Part shown: positions 42,616-54,555 of the stretch, one piece after another
Numbering within the stretch: the stretch's first letter is position 1
Layout: each line of letters starts with the position of its first letter
Source of the DNA: Reclinomonas americana ATCC 50394
Lineage: Eukaryota
Assembly: GCA_048213135.1 (NCBI GenBank)
Contig: PS015010.1
Span: forward strand, 1,302,001-1,366,000
DNA: 64,000 nucleotides
Direction of reading: 5' to 3'
Position numbers and translations under genes: made by a program
The notes under the pieces: model-generated
Told to the model about the DNA's origin: nothing
Database searches by the model: none
Seen by the model: only the letters and a program-made list of their open reading frames with translations

Positions 42616-43344
42616 ATGAAATTAGACCTGCTCGCTTTCGGCGTTCACCCCGATGATATTGAACTGAGCTGTGCGGGTGCGCTATTGGTAGAGAAGAAAA
42701 GAGGGCGGCATACCGGCATTATAGATCTTACACAAGGCGAACTGGGGACCCGGGGTTCGGCTGAAATACGTTTGCGGGAAGCCGCGGCGGCAGCTGGGAT
42801 ACTGGGCGTTGACATTCGTGAGAACCTGGGCATGGCCGATGGTTTTTTCAGTAATGATGAAGCACACCAGCGTCAGGTGATCGCCGCCATCAGGACTTAC
42901 CGCCCGGAGATTATCCTCTGTAATGCTCCGGCCGACCGCCATCCCGATCATGGCCGTTCCGCCAAACTGGTTTCGGACGCCGCGTTTTTATCAGGATTGA
43001 AAAAGATAGCCACCGAAAAAGATGGTGCAGCACAGGAAGCCTGGCGTCCAAAATATGTACTGCATTATGTGCAGGACAGGCTGCTGCAACCTGATTTTGT
43101 TGTAGATATTACCGATGTGTTTGAACAGAAACTGGAAGCCATCAAAGCATATGGCACCCAGTTTCACAATGAAGCGCTGAACGAACCTCAAACCTATATT
43201 TCCACACCCGATTTTTTAGAAAGCGTTATCTACCGCCATAAATGGTTTGGCAAGATGATTGGTGTGAAATATGCGGAAGGGTTTATTTCTGACAAGATGA
43301 TCGGCATCAGCAGTTTTGAAGCACTGGTACAAAAAGACACGTAA
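42616..43344 (+). CDS. bshB1: bacillithiol biosynthesis deacetylase BshB1 (PIG-L family)
   Basis: HPDDIEL, DLTQGELGTRG, DRHPDH, YAEGF motifs. Confidence 0.88.
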   Translation: MKLDLLAFGVHPDDIELSCAGALLVEKKRGRHTGIIDLTQGELGTRGSAEIRLREAAAAAGILGVDIRENLGMADGFFSNDEAHQRQVIAAIRTYRPEIILCNAPADRHPDHGRSAKLVSDAAFLSGLKKIATEKDGAAQEAWRPKYVLHYVQDRLLQPDFVVDITDVFEQKLEAIKAYGTQFHNEALNEPQTYISTPDFLESVIYRHKWFGKMIGVKYAEGFISDKMIGISSFEALVQKDT

Positions 43345-43367
43345 ACTAATTTAAAATATTTTTGAGC

Positions 43368-44435
43368 ATGACAACTCCAAAATTCTTAAACGTAAAAGGA
43401 TCCACCTTTCACCAGGAACTGAAAAGAAGGGTAAGCAATTACTTCTCTGAGAACAAGAAAGACGCTACCGGCAATTTCGGTCTTTACTTTAAAGCGATTC
43501 TTTTCTGGACATTGTATGTCGCCCTTTATGTTCATGTGGTGTTCTTTACGCCTTCGGCCTGGATCGCTATCCTGGAATGCTTCCTGATGGGCGGATTAAC
43601 GGCGGCGATCGGTTTCAATGTAATGCACGACGGCGGACACGGCAGTTTCAGCAACAGTAAATTCTGGAATAAAGTAGCAGCGTTTTCCGTGAACGCACTT
43701 GGTGCCAGCGGCATCATGTGGAACAACAAACACAACATCATTCACCACACCTACACCAACCTCGATGGTGTGGACGATGATATCGAGATCAAACCTATGC
43801 TGCGTATGTGCCCCACGCAGAAGAAATATTTTATTCACCGGTTCCAGCACATCTATGTATGGTTCCTCTATACATTGCTGCTGCTGGTTTGGGTATTCCA
43901 ATCCGACTACAGGAAATATTTCAGCAAAAAAGTAGGCATCGTTCCCATTAAAAAGATGAGTACATTCGAACACGTTGCCTTCTGGATTGCCAAGGCCGGT
44001 TATGCCTTTGGTATGATCGCGGTGCCCATCTGGTTTGTGGGTTTCCTGCCCTGGCTCATCGGTTTTCTTTGCCTGGCTATGTTTGCCGGGTTCGTACTCA
44101 GTATTGTATTCCAGCTGGCGCATACCGTTGAACATACCCACTTCCCTGTTCCCGACGATTCCAACAAGATCGAGAACGAATGGGCCATTCACCAGATACA
44201 GACCACAGCCAACTTTGCCACCCGCAACAAACTCATTTCCTGGCTGGTGGGCGGTCTTAATTTCCAGATCGAACATCACCTTTTCCCTAAAATATCGCAT
44301 ATCCACTATCCTGCCATCAGCAAGATCATTAAACAGACCTGCGAAGAATATGGTATCCGTTACATTGAATACAGGAGGATGCGCCACGCCATCGTTTCGC
44401 ATGCCGTGCACCTGAAAAAGATGGGAAGGGCATAA
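43368..44435 (+). CDS. membrane fatty acid (acyl-CoA) desaturase
   Basis: three His boxes HDGGH, HNIIHH, QIEHH. Confidence 0.93.
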   Translation: MTTPKFLNVKGSTFHQELKRRVSNYFSENKKDATGNFGLYFKAILFWTLYVALYVHVVFFTPSAWIAILECFLMGGLTAAIGFNVMHDGGHGSFSNSKFWNKVAAFSVNALGASGIMWNNKHNIIHHTYTNLDGVDDDIEIKPMLRMCPTQKKYFIHRFQHIYVWFLYTLLLLVWVFQSDYRKYFSKKVGIVPIKKMSTFEHVAFWIAKAGYAFGMIAVPIWFVGFLPWLIGFLCLAMFAGFVLSIVFQLAHTVEHTHFPVPDDSNKIENEWAIHQIQTTANFATRNKLISWLVGGLNFQIEHHLFPKISHIHYPAISKIIKQTCEEYGIRYIEYRRMRHAIVSHAVHLKKMGRA

Positions 44436-44564
44436 CTCATTTGCCAATATGAAATAAACGGTGTGCCAATACCTTGTATAAAAAGGGTTGGCACATTTTG
44501 TATCTGGCAGGTCCGGTACATTTTATTGGGTGTTTTCTTAATTTTAGGATCAAACTATTCATAC

Positions 44565-44981
44565 ATGGAAAAGATTACCTGGCACCAGAAGCACACCAAA
44601 AACTATACAAGAGGACAACGCATTGCCGATGCTGTGGCCAGGGGTATGGGTTCGTGGAATTTCATCATCTGGCAAACCATCGTGGTACTCGTCTGGATGG
44701 CCCTCAACGTAGTAGGCTTTATCCGCCATTGGGATGCTTATCCTTTTATCCTGCTCAACCTCATCTTTTCCACCCAGGCAGCGTATGCCGCCCCTATTAT
44801 TATGATGTCGCAGAACAGGCAAAGCGAACGCGACCGGATACAGGCACAGGAAGATTACCAGACCAACCTGGAAGCGAAAAAAGAAATTGAAGCGCTGCAA
44901 CTGCACCTGAGCAAGATAGAGACGGATAAACTGGATAAGATCATAGAGATGTTGCAGGAAATGAAGAAGAGTAATCAGTAA
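44565..44981 (+). CDS. DUF1003 membrane protein
   Basis: GSWNF, YPFILLNL, AAYAAPIIMMSQNRQ motifs. Confidence 0.9.
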   Translation: MEKITWHQKHTKNYTRGQRIADAVARGMGSWNFIIWQTIVVLVWMALNVVGFIRHWDAYPFILLNLIFSTQAAYAAPIIMMSQNRQSERDRIQAQEDYQTNLEAKKEIEALQLHLSKIETDKLDKIIEMLQEMKKSNQ

Positions 44982-44982
44982 T

Positions 44983-45072
44983 TTAATTACTAATGACCAA
45001 TTACCGGTTTTATAAAACATGAAGCCGGAGAAAATAGCCATTAGTAATTCGTAATTGGTCATTCGTAATTAA
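44983..45072. repeat. AATTACG-family heptamer arrays, inverted arm pair
   Basis: tt-aattact-aatgacc-aattacc (44983-45005) opposite agtaatt-cgtaatt-ggtcatt-cgtaatt-aa (45043-45072). Confidence 0.88.
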
Positions 45073-45102
45073 TCTGTCGTAAATTCGCATCTTAACCCGA
45101 AA

Positions 45103-46764
45103 ATGATGAGCGAAGAAAAAAGCCTCAATTTTATTGAAGAGATCATTGAAGCCGACCTGGCCGCAGGAAAATATACCAGTATCGTTACCCGCTTTCCGCC
45201 GGAACCCAATGGTTACCTGCACATGGGCCATGCCACCAGCATCTGCCTCAATTTCGGGCTCACCAGCAAATACCCCGGCTATACCAATCTCCGCTTCGAT
45301 GATACCAACCCGGTTACCGAAGACACCGAATACGTGGAAAGCATCAAAGCCGACATCCGCTGGCTGGGCTTTGAATGGAAACACGAATTATATGCTTCCG
45401 ATTATTTTGAAGAGTTATACCAATATGCCGTAAAGCTGATCCGGAAAGACCTTGCCTATGTGGATGACCTCAGTTCTGACGAGATCGCCGCGGGCAAAGG
45501 CACCCCTACCGAACCCGGTACCAACAGTCCTTACCGCAGCCGCAGCATAGCCGAAAACCTGGAATTGTTTGAAAAGATGAAGAACGGCGAATTTGCCGAT
45601 GGCAGCCGTACCCTACGGGCAAAGATCGACATGGCGCATACCAATATGCTCATGCGTGACCCGCTGCTGTACCGCATCAAACATGCGCACCACCACCGTA
45701 CCGGCGACAACTGGTGTATTTATCCCATGTACGATTTCGCACACGGACAAAGCGATTCCATCGAAAATATTACCCATTCCATTTGCACGCTGGAATTTAT
45801 TCCGCACCGCGAACTGTACGACTGGCTGATCGAAAAACTGGAGATCTTCCCCTCCCATCAATACGAATTTGCCCGCCGCAACCTGTCCTATACGGTCATG
45901 AGTAAACGCAAATTGCTGCAACTGGTGAATGAGAAACATGTGGCCGGATGGGACGATCCCCGCATGCCTACCATCAGCGGTATGCGCCGCCGTGGTTTTA
46001 CACCTGCGAGCATCCGCACGTTCTGCGATAAAGTAGGCATTGCCAAAAGAGAGAATGTGATCGACTTCAGCCTGCTGGAATTTTGCCTGCGTGACGACCT
46101 GAACAATACCGCTTTAAGGGCGATGGCCGTACTTGACCCGGTAAAACTCGTCATCACCAATTACGAAGCCGGTAAAACAGAAGACCTGCCCAGTGAGAAT
46201 GGCCCCGACGAAAGCAGCGGCATCCGCAGCGTTCCTTTTAGCCGTGAATTGTGGATAGAACGTGAAGACTTTATGGAAGAGCCTGCCAAAAAATGGTTCA
46301 GGCTGGCCCCCGGCGCCAGTGTTCGCCTCAAAAGCGCTTATATCATTACCTGCGATAGTTTTGTGAAAGATGATGCCGGCAACATTACAGAGATACACTG
46401 TACTTACCATCCCGATAGTAAGAGCGGCAGCGACACCAGCGGCATCGCGGTTAAAGGCACCATCCACTGGGTATCAGCGGCACATGCCACACCTGCAGAG
46501 ATACGCTTGTACGACCGTCTTTTTAAAGTGGAGAACCCCTCCAGCGAGGAGGGCGACTTCAAGGATTATATCAACCCCGATTCCCTGCATATTGTACAGG
46601 GTTTCATTGAGCCGTCGCTTATGTCTGCCACACCCGAACAACGGTACCAGTTTCTGCGTAAAGGCTATTTCTGTCTGGATAAGGACAGTACCCCGGAACA
46701 CCTGGTATTCAACCGGACCGTTACACTGAAAGACGCCTGGGCCAAAGAAGTCAAAAAGGCTTAA
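45103..46764 (+). CDS. glnS: glutamine--tRNA ligase
   Basis: [38 protein letters not shown] motifs. Confidence 0.97.
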   Translation: MMSEEKSLNFIEEIIEADLAAGKYTSIVTRFPPEPNGYLHMGHATSICLNFGLTSKYPGYTNLRFDDTNPVTEDTEYVESIKADIRWLGFEWKHELYASDYFEELYQYAVKLIRKDLAYVDDLSSDEIAAGKGTPTEPGTNSPYRSRSIAENLELFEKMKNGEFADGSRTLRAKIDMAHTNMLMRDPLLYRIKHAHHHRTGDNWCIYPMYDFAHGQSDSIENITHSICTLEFIPHRELYDWLIEKLEIFPSHQYEFARRNLSYTVMSKRKLLQLVNEKHVAGWDDPRMPTISGMRRRGFTPASIRTFCDKVGIAKRENVIDFSLLEFCLRDDLNNTALRAMAVLDPVKLVITNYEAGKTEDLPSENGPDESSGIRSVPFSRELWIEREDFMEEPAKKWFRLAPGASVRLKSAYIITCDSFVKDDAGNITEIHCTYHPDSKSGSDTSGIAVKGTIHWVSAAHATPAEIRLYDRLFKVENPSSEEGDFKDYINPDSLHIVQGFIEPSLMSATPEQRYQFLRKGYFCLDKDSTPEHLVFNRTVTLKDAWAKEVKKA

Positions 46765-46892
46765 AAACCTCATGTTAATTTTACCCGGCGGGCAACGCCG
46801 GGCAGGTTTCTCCCGTCTAGTGGTAAACCGGGCATGTATTGCTTGTGGAAAAGGTATGCCCACCCATGAGGTCACTAACCCTTAACACCGGT

Positions 46893-49800
46893 ATGAAAAG
46901 AATTTTATTAGCTGTTCTGGTCCTGTTGCTGGCATCCCGCGGTTTTTCACAATTGAACAACAGTTGGATCGATTACAGCAAGACCTACTATAAATTCAAA
47001 CTGGCCAAAGACACGCTTTGCCGCATTCCGCAATCCACGCTGGCCGCTATTCCCGGGCTGAATAATATTCCCGCCGAGCAGTTCCAGCTCTGGCGCAATG
47101 GTCAGCAGGTACGCCTCTACACTTCTGTAGTCTCCGGCCCGCTGGGCTCCTCCGATTACATCGAGTTCTGGGGTGAGATGAATGACGGCAAGCCCGATAA
47201 AACCCTTTACCGCGATCCGGATTACCAGTTGTCTGCCAAGTACAGCCTGGAGACCGACACCGCTGCTTATTACCTTACCGTAAACCCTGCCGGTGGTAAC
47301 CTTCGCTACACGCAAAGTACCAACACCATTACCGGCACCGTTACTGCTGATGCGTATTTCATGCGCCGTATTGAAGTACACTTCAGGAATATGATCAACA
47401 GGGGGTATTGTGAGAACTCCGGGGAAAACCTTTACTCCTCTTCCTATGATTACGGTGAAGGCTGGACAAGTAATGAAGTGTTCCCCTGCTGTGCGCTGGG
47501 TACACAATTGACCAACCTTAACGCTTATGCCGCAGGTCCGGCCAACAGCATCACTTTTACGATAGGCGCCTCGGGTAATGCCCTCTATGCACGTGACCTG
47601 GTGGTAAAGTTCTTCAACAATACCATTACGCCACCTATCAACCCGATGCCTTATTTCAATTACAAAAAAGACACCATCCGGAATTTATCTTTATCTCACG
47701 TAACAGGGCCAAACGGGTTACTCGTGTCCATCAATGGCAACTCCACCAATGCGAATGACCGTATTGTGGTGAGCAACTTCACCGTTACTTACCCTTCTAC
47801 CTTTAACTTCAACAACGAGAAGAACTTTTATTTTGAGCTGCAACCCAAGGCTGGTCCCAACTACCTGGTGATCACCAATTTTAATAACAATGGTATTGCA
47901 CCTATCCTTTACGACATCAACAACGGTCGCCGTTACCTGGGCGATATCAGTGTGGCGGGGCAAGTGCGGTTCGAGATACCCGGTTCCACCGACCCTGTGC
48001 GTAAATTTAATTTGATGAGCCAGGATGCCAATAACGTGTCCATCCCTTCTTCAGCATTTACCAGCCGCAGTTTTGTGAATGTGAACAACAGCGCCAACCA
48101 GGGCGATTACATGATCATCAGTCACCCGGCTTTGTACAACAACGGTTCGGGCGTTAATAATGTGGACCTGTACCGCCAGTACCGTTCATCGGTTACCGGT
48201 GGCGGTTACAATGCAAAAATATATGGCATCGATGAACTCAACGACCAGTTTGGTTTTGGTATCACCCGTCATCCCGCGGCGATCCGCGATTTTATCCGTT
48301 TTGCCAAAAGCAGCTTCAGCGTAGCGCCTAAATACACGTTCATCATCGGGCACGGAATAACGTATTCGGATTATTACGCCAACCAGGCCAATCCTGTTGC
48401 TGACCAGGTTGATCTCGTGCAACCCTTTGGCTGGCCGGCATCTGACATATTGCTTACCTGTGACCCCGGCAGCATTATGCCGCTGATACCGATTGGCAGA
48501 CTGGGTGCGGTTAATGGCAATGAAGTGGGCATCTATCTTGATAAAATAAAACAGTATGAGCAGGCGCAGGCTTCAACGGAGCAGACCGTGAACACGAAAG
48601 CCTGGATGAAAAACGTGATCCATGCGCTTGGCCCGGCAACAGAAGATGAGGCACAACGGTTCAGCATATATATGGACGGTTATCAAGCCATGCAGGCCGA
48701 CACGTTCTTCGGCGCCCATATAGAAAGGTTCATGAAAACAAGTGTTGCCGCTATTGAGCAGCAACAGAGTCAGCGCATTACTGAGCTGTTCAGCGAAGGA
48801 CTCGGTTATGTAAAATATTTTGGTCACTCTTCCGCCAATGAACTGGCGATTAACCTCAACTATCCCGAGAGTTATAACAACAACGGCAAGTATCCTTTCA
48901 TACACGTGAGCGGTTGTACGGTAGGTAATTTTTATACGTTTAATGTGAACCGCCCGGCGGGTTATAATGGCATGTCCTTATCGGAGAAGTACCTTTTCCT
49001 GCCGCAGAAAGGCGCCATTGGTTTTTTAGGCAGCACCCATTGGGGACTTGAAGACAGGCTGAACAAGTATAATTATCCTTTGATCAGGCACATGTGTACC
49101 GACATGTATGGCAACACCATCGGCAACCAGTTGCTCACCAACCTGCAGGAACAGGCCAGCGCCCCTGTTATCGACTTTTATTTCCGCCTGCACATGGAAC
49201 AGATCAACCTTCATGGAGATCCCGCGCTAAAGATCAACAACTTCCTGAAGCCCGATTATGCTATCGAAGATCAACTGGTGAAGTTCACGCCCAGCATCAT
49301 TTCTGTAGCGGACAACAGTTTTAAGATCGATATCAAAATGGCGAACCTGGGCAAGGCCATCAACGACTCAATCTTCGTTACGGTCAAACAACAACTTCCT
49401 TCGGGCACCATCAATACGTTGTTCAATAAAAAGATACACGGCATACTCAATATGGATACTTTACATCTTGATGTTGCCATTAGCCCGCTTACGGATAAGG
49501 GCTTGAATAAATTAATGATAACATTGGATGATGGTAACCTTGTAGATGAGCTTTCCGAGATGAACAACACACTCACTAAAGAGTTTTACATTTTTGAAGA
49601 TGAGCTTCGTCCCATCTCCCCTTATAACTTCTCCATCGTTAACCAGCAGAACATCGGTTACTATGCCAGTACAGCCAACCCGCTCAACAGCCAGCGCCAG
49701 TATGTGATGGAGGTGGATACCACAGAGCTGTTCAACTCCGCTTTCAAAAAATCCTATACCGTTACCGGCGCCGGAGGTATTGTGCAGTTCAACCCTGCCA

Positions 49801-50045
49801 ACATCACTTTCACTGAAGGCACGGTATACTACTGGAGAACTGCCACCGTTCCTTCGGGCACAGGCAGCTATATCTGGAACAACTCTTCCTTCATTTACCT
49901 GTCTGCAGGCGGTAGCGGGTTCAACCAGTCGCATTACTACCAGCACCTTAAATCCACCACCACCGATATCAGTTATGCCAGCGACCGCAGCTGGAAGTTC
50001 AAAAGCTCACTGGCCTCGGTGAAGATGAAAAACGGTGTATACCCC
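46893..50045 (+). CDS. C25-family (gingipain/PorU-like) T9SS protein, N-terminal part up to gap
   Basis: signal peptide, IPIGRL, YFGHS (His), VSGC (Cys), LHGDPAL; frame runs into N-gap. Confidence 0.85.
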
Positions 50046-50065
50046 NNNNNNNNNNNNNNNNNNNN

Positions 50066-51300
50066 ACCCCGTCGAAGGTCACATCCAGCAGCGGGTTGTA
50101 TACATCGGCCCGTACAAAGAAGTCCTTGTACAGGATGTTGTTGAAGTGGTATTCTTCCAGCTGGTCATTGTCAGGGTTCACCTCTACGAACAGCGTGTTG
50201 TTGCCCGGCAGGTTGCGGGTATCGATCTGGTAGCTCACCACCAGGGTATCGGGGCTCACCTGCAGTTTCCTGCCCTTGGGAAGGGTCACAGGGTGAGGCA
50301 CATTGTTGCGGTCGGTGACCACCAGCCTGAGCTTCATCATACTGTCAAAGGCCGTGGGACTGATATTTTTAAAGGCCAGTTTAAAGTCGATCTTATCCCC
50401 CTGGTCCACCGTATCCCGCATCTGGAACAGCAGGTTGGGCGATACCGCTCCCTCGGGCAGCGGGGCATAGTTGATCCTCCAGTAGTCCAGCTGGTAAGGT
50501 GTACCCAGTACTTTATCCTGGTTGTACATCTTCAGCCTCAGTTTGGGATAGGTATTGGCATCAATGGCCGAGATGTCAAAATCCTTGGTCGAAGAGTCCA
50601 CCGTATACAGGGTGGTCTCTGTGCCTGATGGCTCAATACCGATCACTTCAAAAGAGAGGGTGTCGGCGCCACCGGTGGCCTCACTGCGCCTGCCCCTCCA
50701 GTGGAACTGGCTCCAGGTTTTGGCAGGGCCAAAGGCGGGTGATACGATCGAGCCTTCACCTTTAGTGGTAGGACAGCTTACCGTAAGGTCGATCTTATCG
50801 GTAGTACCGTCGGAGAACTTCCAGGCGGGAGCAAAGGTGCCGTTGTCGTTCTTTTTACAGATGAAGTTGAAGGCCCTGGGTTTATAGAAGGAATCGATAT
50901 CGGCAAAGCCCACTTCCTTAAGGGCATGGTATAAAGTATTGGTACCCGTGGGGTCATCGGCCTTCCAGTCGGCCACATAAGTGTTGTTGGCCGCGTTGGC
51001 ATGGGCGAAGTTCATCACCACCAGGTAATAACCATTGGCCGTTACATTACGGATAAAATCACGTGCAGCGGCCCGTTTGGCGGGTGTGGACAGGGTATAG
51101 GCAAAACTGTAACGCCGGGTAGGGTCACACACCGCATCACTGCCGTACTGGCCCGGGCCGCTGTTGGCGTTGAGTACCGGTTCAAAATCGATGGGATTAA
51201 AAATACTCATGATCAGCACATTGGACACCACGCACACACTCTGCACCACGTTACCCCCATCCACATTGATCTCAAAATCCTGTGCCTGGTTGGCCGCTGT
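50066..51300 (-). CDS. C25-family protein, middle part, on an inverted contig between two gaps
   Basis: open frame from TAANQAQ to NPLLDVTFDG across the whole contig; joins both neighbours in frame when flipped. Confidence 0.85.
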
Positions 51301-51505
51301 NNNNNNNNNNNNNNNNNNNNNNNNNNNNNNNNNNNNNNNNNNNNNNNNNNNNNNNNNNNNNNNNNNNNNNNNNNNNNNNNNNNNNNNNNNNNNNNNNNNN
51401 NNNNNNNNNNNNNNNNNNNNNNNNNNNNNNNNNNNNNNNNNNNNNNNNNNNNNNNNNNNNNNNNNNNNNNNNNNNNNNNNNNNNNNNNNNNNNNNNNNNN
51501 NNNNN

Positions 51506-52193
51506 GCATATCCTCAACAAGGACATTGTATCTGCCAAACCGCATATCCTGGTGAACCTGAAGGATGAGAGCCGCTTCCTGGCCCTGGAAGACACGGCGC
51601 TGATCAGGGTGCAGGTACGCTATCCCGATGGCAGCCTGCACAGCTATAACTTTGGTGATACGATGCGCTTCACCCCGGCCAACCTGTCTACAGGCCAGAA
51701 CAGCGCCACCATCGACTTTTTGCCTTACTTCCCTGAAGAGGGTGAGTATGAACTGATCGTATCGGGCAAAGATGTGATGGGCAATACGGCAGGTAAACTG
51801 GATTACCATGTGATCTTTACGGTGATCTCCAAACCGATGATCTCCAACCTGCTGAACTACCCCAACCCGTTCACCACGTCCACAGCCTTTGTGTTCACGA
51901 TCACGGGCAGTGAGGTACCGCAGAACATCCGCATACAGGTGCTGACCATCACGGGTAAGATCGTGCGGGAGATCACCAAGGATGAGCTGGGACCACTGCA
52001 TGTGGGCCGCAACATCACGGAGTTCAAATGGGATGGCACTGATATGTATGGTCAGAAACTGGCCAACGGGGTGTACCTGTACCGGGTGCTGACCAACCTC
52101 AACGGCAGGTCACTGGACAAGTACAAAGCTACGGGTGACAATACCGACAAGTACTTCAACAAAGGTTATGGAAAAATGGTGATCATACGTTAG
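51506..52193 (+). CDS. C25-family protein, C-terminal part with T9SS CTD
   Basis: HILNKDIVS...NYPNPF...WDG...LANGVYLY. Confidence 0.85.
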
Positions 52194-52602
52194 CAGGTAT
52201 GTCACCTGCTTTACGCCCCATGGAAAGATTGGGGAAGATCGCCGCCGCCAGCATGATCACGGAGGAGATCAGCATGAGAAAAATGCCCAGCCGTTTTTCA
52301 GGACAATAAGCATTATAGCAGGACGTAAACAACACATAGGTTTTGATCGTATAACCCACGCCCAGCGCTGTAAGGAACAGGTTGATCCTTTTGCCCCATA
52401 CTTTGGGCAGCAGCATGAACACCAGCGTTACAACACCGATAAATACCAGGAATTTACCCGGTTTTCCGTATTCATTTTTATAACTGTAAAAACCGTTGAA
52501 GGTTTGTTGTATATCGGCATAATAAGCCCAGGGAATAAAACAGGAGATGATCAGCAGAACACAGGCTGCAACGCCTGCCCAATGTAATATTTTCAGGAAC
52601 AT
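52183..52602 (-). CDS. hypothetical membrane protein
   Basis: 4 TM helices, CYNAYCP loop; TAACTTTG promoter element at 52607-52614. Confidence 0.7.
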   Translation of the reverse strand: MFLKILHWAGVAACVLLIISCFIPWAYYADIQQTFNGFYSYKNEYGKPGKFLVFIGVVTLVFMLLPKVWGKRINLFLTALGVGYTIKTYVLFTSCYNAYCPEKRLGIFLMLISSVIMLAAAIFPNLSMGRKAGDIPANV

Positions 52603-52692
52603 GCGGCAAAGTTAAGCAATTCCTTTTGCAGTAGCGGAAAACAACCATGGCAGCTGTACAGCGGGAGCACAACAGCCATGTATACTATACTT

Positions 52693-54540
52693 CTAATGGA
52701 ATATGATCTTTTCTGTAACGGCCGTATTGCCATATTCTACTTTCAGGAGGTAAAGCGTCTGCACATCAAAATAAGATGGCAGTTTCAGGCGGATGCTTCT
52801 GTTACCCTGGGGATTCAGCTGGTTGTAATACAGTTTCTCACCAAGTGTTCCGAAAATAGTGATGGATACATTTTCCTTTACTACCGAAAGGAATTCGATA
52901 TTAATAATGTGATCGGTTACGGGGTTGGGATACACCCTTATCTCCTGCCTGTCGCTGTTCTTCAGTCTAGCCAGGTTGGAATAATCAATCTCCCCTTGTT
53001 TGGTAATGCCTTTAATGCGGTAGAATACGTCCGGTGCATTGATCCGGTCATCCTGGTGGGTATAACGCTGCTGGTTGTTGTTACTGGTATTCGTCATCGA
53101 TTGTACCGGTTGAAAATCGGCTGCATTCACAGAACGTTCCACTATAAATGAATCATACCTGTCGTTGCCATTCACCGTAAAATCAAGTTTGGCATAGTTG
53201 CCGTTCCATACCGCGGCGAGTTTAATATCATCTGCCGCCAGTACCGCGGGGTTAAAGATGGGAATAGTGCTGTAAGTGCCATTGAGCACCGTCTGCGATT
53301 GTGATTCATCCATACATAACCACTTCTGCATAACGGTGGCGTATAGCTGCCGGAAATCGTATTGCAGGGGCACCTGTGTACTGGATGTAGGACTGGCAGG
53401 CAACACAGGAGAAGTACCGCTGACACCACCCAGTATGCCTGCACCAAAAAAGATAACCGGTGCGCCGGAACCATGATCTGTTCCGCTGCTGGTATTGGCA
53501 ATAACACGACGACCGAATTCACTGAACGTCATCCCCGTTACCTTATTGGCCTTGCCCATTTTAGTGATGTCGTCCTGGAAGGCGGCAATGGCTACCGAAA
53601 GTTTGGATAATATATTGGCATGATAACCTGTAGCTGTATTACCGGCTACGACCTGGTCAACATGGGTGTCAAAACTATCAGGATGGTTAACTACATATAC
53701 AGGTGTTTTCAAACCACCACCGATCAGCCTGGCTACAATTTTCAGCTGGTCTGATAAGGTGTTTCCCGATGCCGCGTACATAGTGGATTGGGTGGCTTGT
53801 GCATTATATGCCGCGGTGATCCGCGATGTATAGGCATTGCTCTGGTCCTTCATCATACGCAGGAAGGTGAGTTCCGTTCCGTAATCACTCACCGGTGCCG
53901 GCGCGGGTGTTGCCGTGGCTACATTGATGAGCGCCGCGGGATTGGGCGCATTATATCCCATGTTGATGTTGGGGCCCTGTAACGATAAAGGCAATGCCCC
54001 TCCTATCTGGATAGCCAGCGGATCCGTGTCAGTAGCATTGGGATAACCAGTCGGGAAACCCGGGTAAGCCAGGTCAAGATCGCGTCCCAACCAGCCGGTA
54101 TCGGGAGTTGGCAATGTATTGGATGCGGTGAACCAGATATCCTGCGCCTGAAAGTGACTGTAATTCGGGTTGGGATAGGTTACGCCCTGTACCAGGTTAA
54201 CTTTGCCTTCATTGAACAGGTCGCGTAAACCTGTCATGGACGGGTGCAGACCTGTTGTGGTAGTTCCGTTAAGCGCCAATACCGATGCAGACGGAACCAG
54301 GAGATTCGGGCGTGCGTTGTTAAGTTCGGTATACCTGTCGAGCGGTATCACCATATTCAATCCATCGTTACCGCCATTCATCTGTATCACCACCAGTATC
54401 TTTCCGCAGGTATTGGCAGGTGCGGCCAGTGCCTGTAAAAAGGGATGCAGTACACCGTCGCCGGCAAATACCGGTATCCCCTTGAGCAGCATGGGTGCTG
54501 AGAACAATGCTGTATTACCTAAAAATGCTCTGCGATTCAT
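52693..54540 (-). CDS. DUF1501-family protein with Tat-like signal and T9SS CTD
   Basis: MNRRAFL; GGNDGLN, FDTH, FSEFGRR, GTDHG; C-terminal VYPNP...LYLLKV. Confidence 0.88.
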   Translation of the reverse strand: MNRRAFLGNTALFSAPMLLKGIPVFAGDGVLHPFLQALAAPANTCGKILVVIQMNGGNDGLNMVIPLDRYTELNNARPNLLVPSASVLALNGTTTTGLHPSMTGLRDLFNEGKVNLVQGVTYPNPNYSHFQAQDIWFTASNTLPTPDTGWLGRDLDLAYPGFPTGYPNATDTDPLAIQIGGALPLSLQGPNINMGYNAPNPAALINVATATPAPAPVSDYGTELTFLRMMKDQSNAYTSRITAAYNAQATQSTMYAASGNTLSDQLKIVARLIGGGLKTPVYVVNHPDSFDTHVDQVVAGNTATGYHANILSKLSVAIAAFQDDITKMGKANKVTGMTFSEFGRRVIANTSSGTDHGSGAPVIFFGAGILGGVSGTSPVLPASPTSSTQVPLQYDFRQLYATVMQKWLCMDESQSQTVLNGTYSTIPIFNPAVLAADDIKLAAVWNGNYAKLDFTVNGNDRYDSFIVERSVNAADFQPVQSMTNTSNNNQQRYTHQDDRINAPDVFYRIKGITKQGEIDYSNLARLKNSDRQEIRVYPNPVTDHIINIEFLSVVKENVSITIFGTLGEKLYYNQLNPQGNRSIRLKLPSYFDVQTLYLLKVEYGNTAVTEKIIFH

Positions 54541-54555
54541 AATAATAAATGAGGG

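Noticed and set aside
2296-45072. Heptamer arrays as CRISPR
   Set aside because: Units are 7 bp and tandem with no repeat-spacer pattern, and there are no cas genes.
46784-46861. Hairpins between glnS and the C25 gene as a riboswitch or ncRNA
   Set aside because: cccggcg/cgccggg and gggcat/atgccc stems are present but match no riboswitch consensus I recognise; an Rfam/Infernal scan would be needed.
50066-51300. Programmed inversion inside the C25 gene
   Set aside because: Both ends are N-gaps, there is no substantial inverted repeat, and the inverted state yields no alternative reading frame. Treated as a probable assembly artefact.
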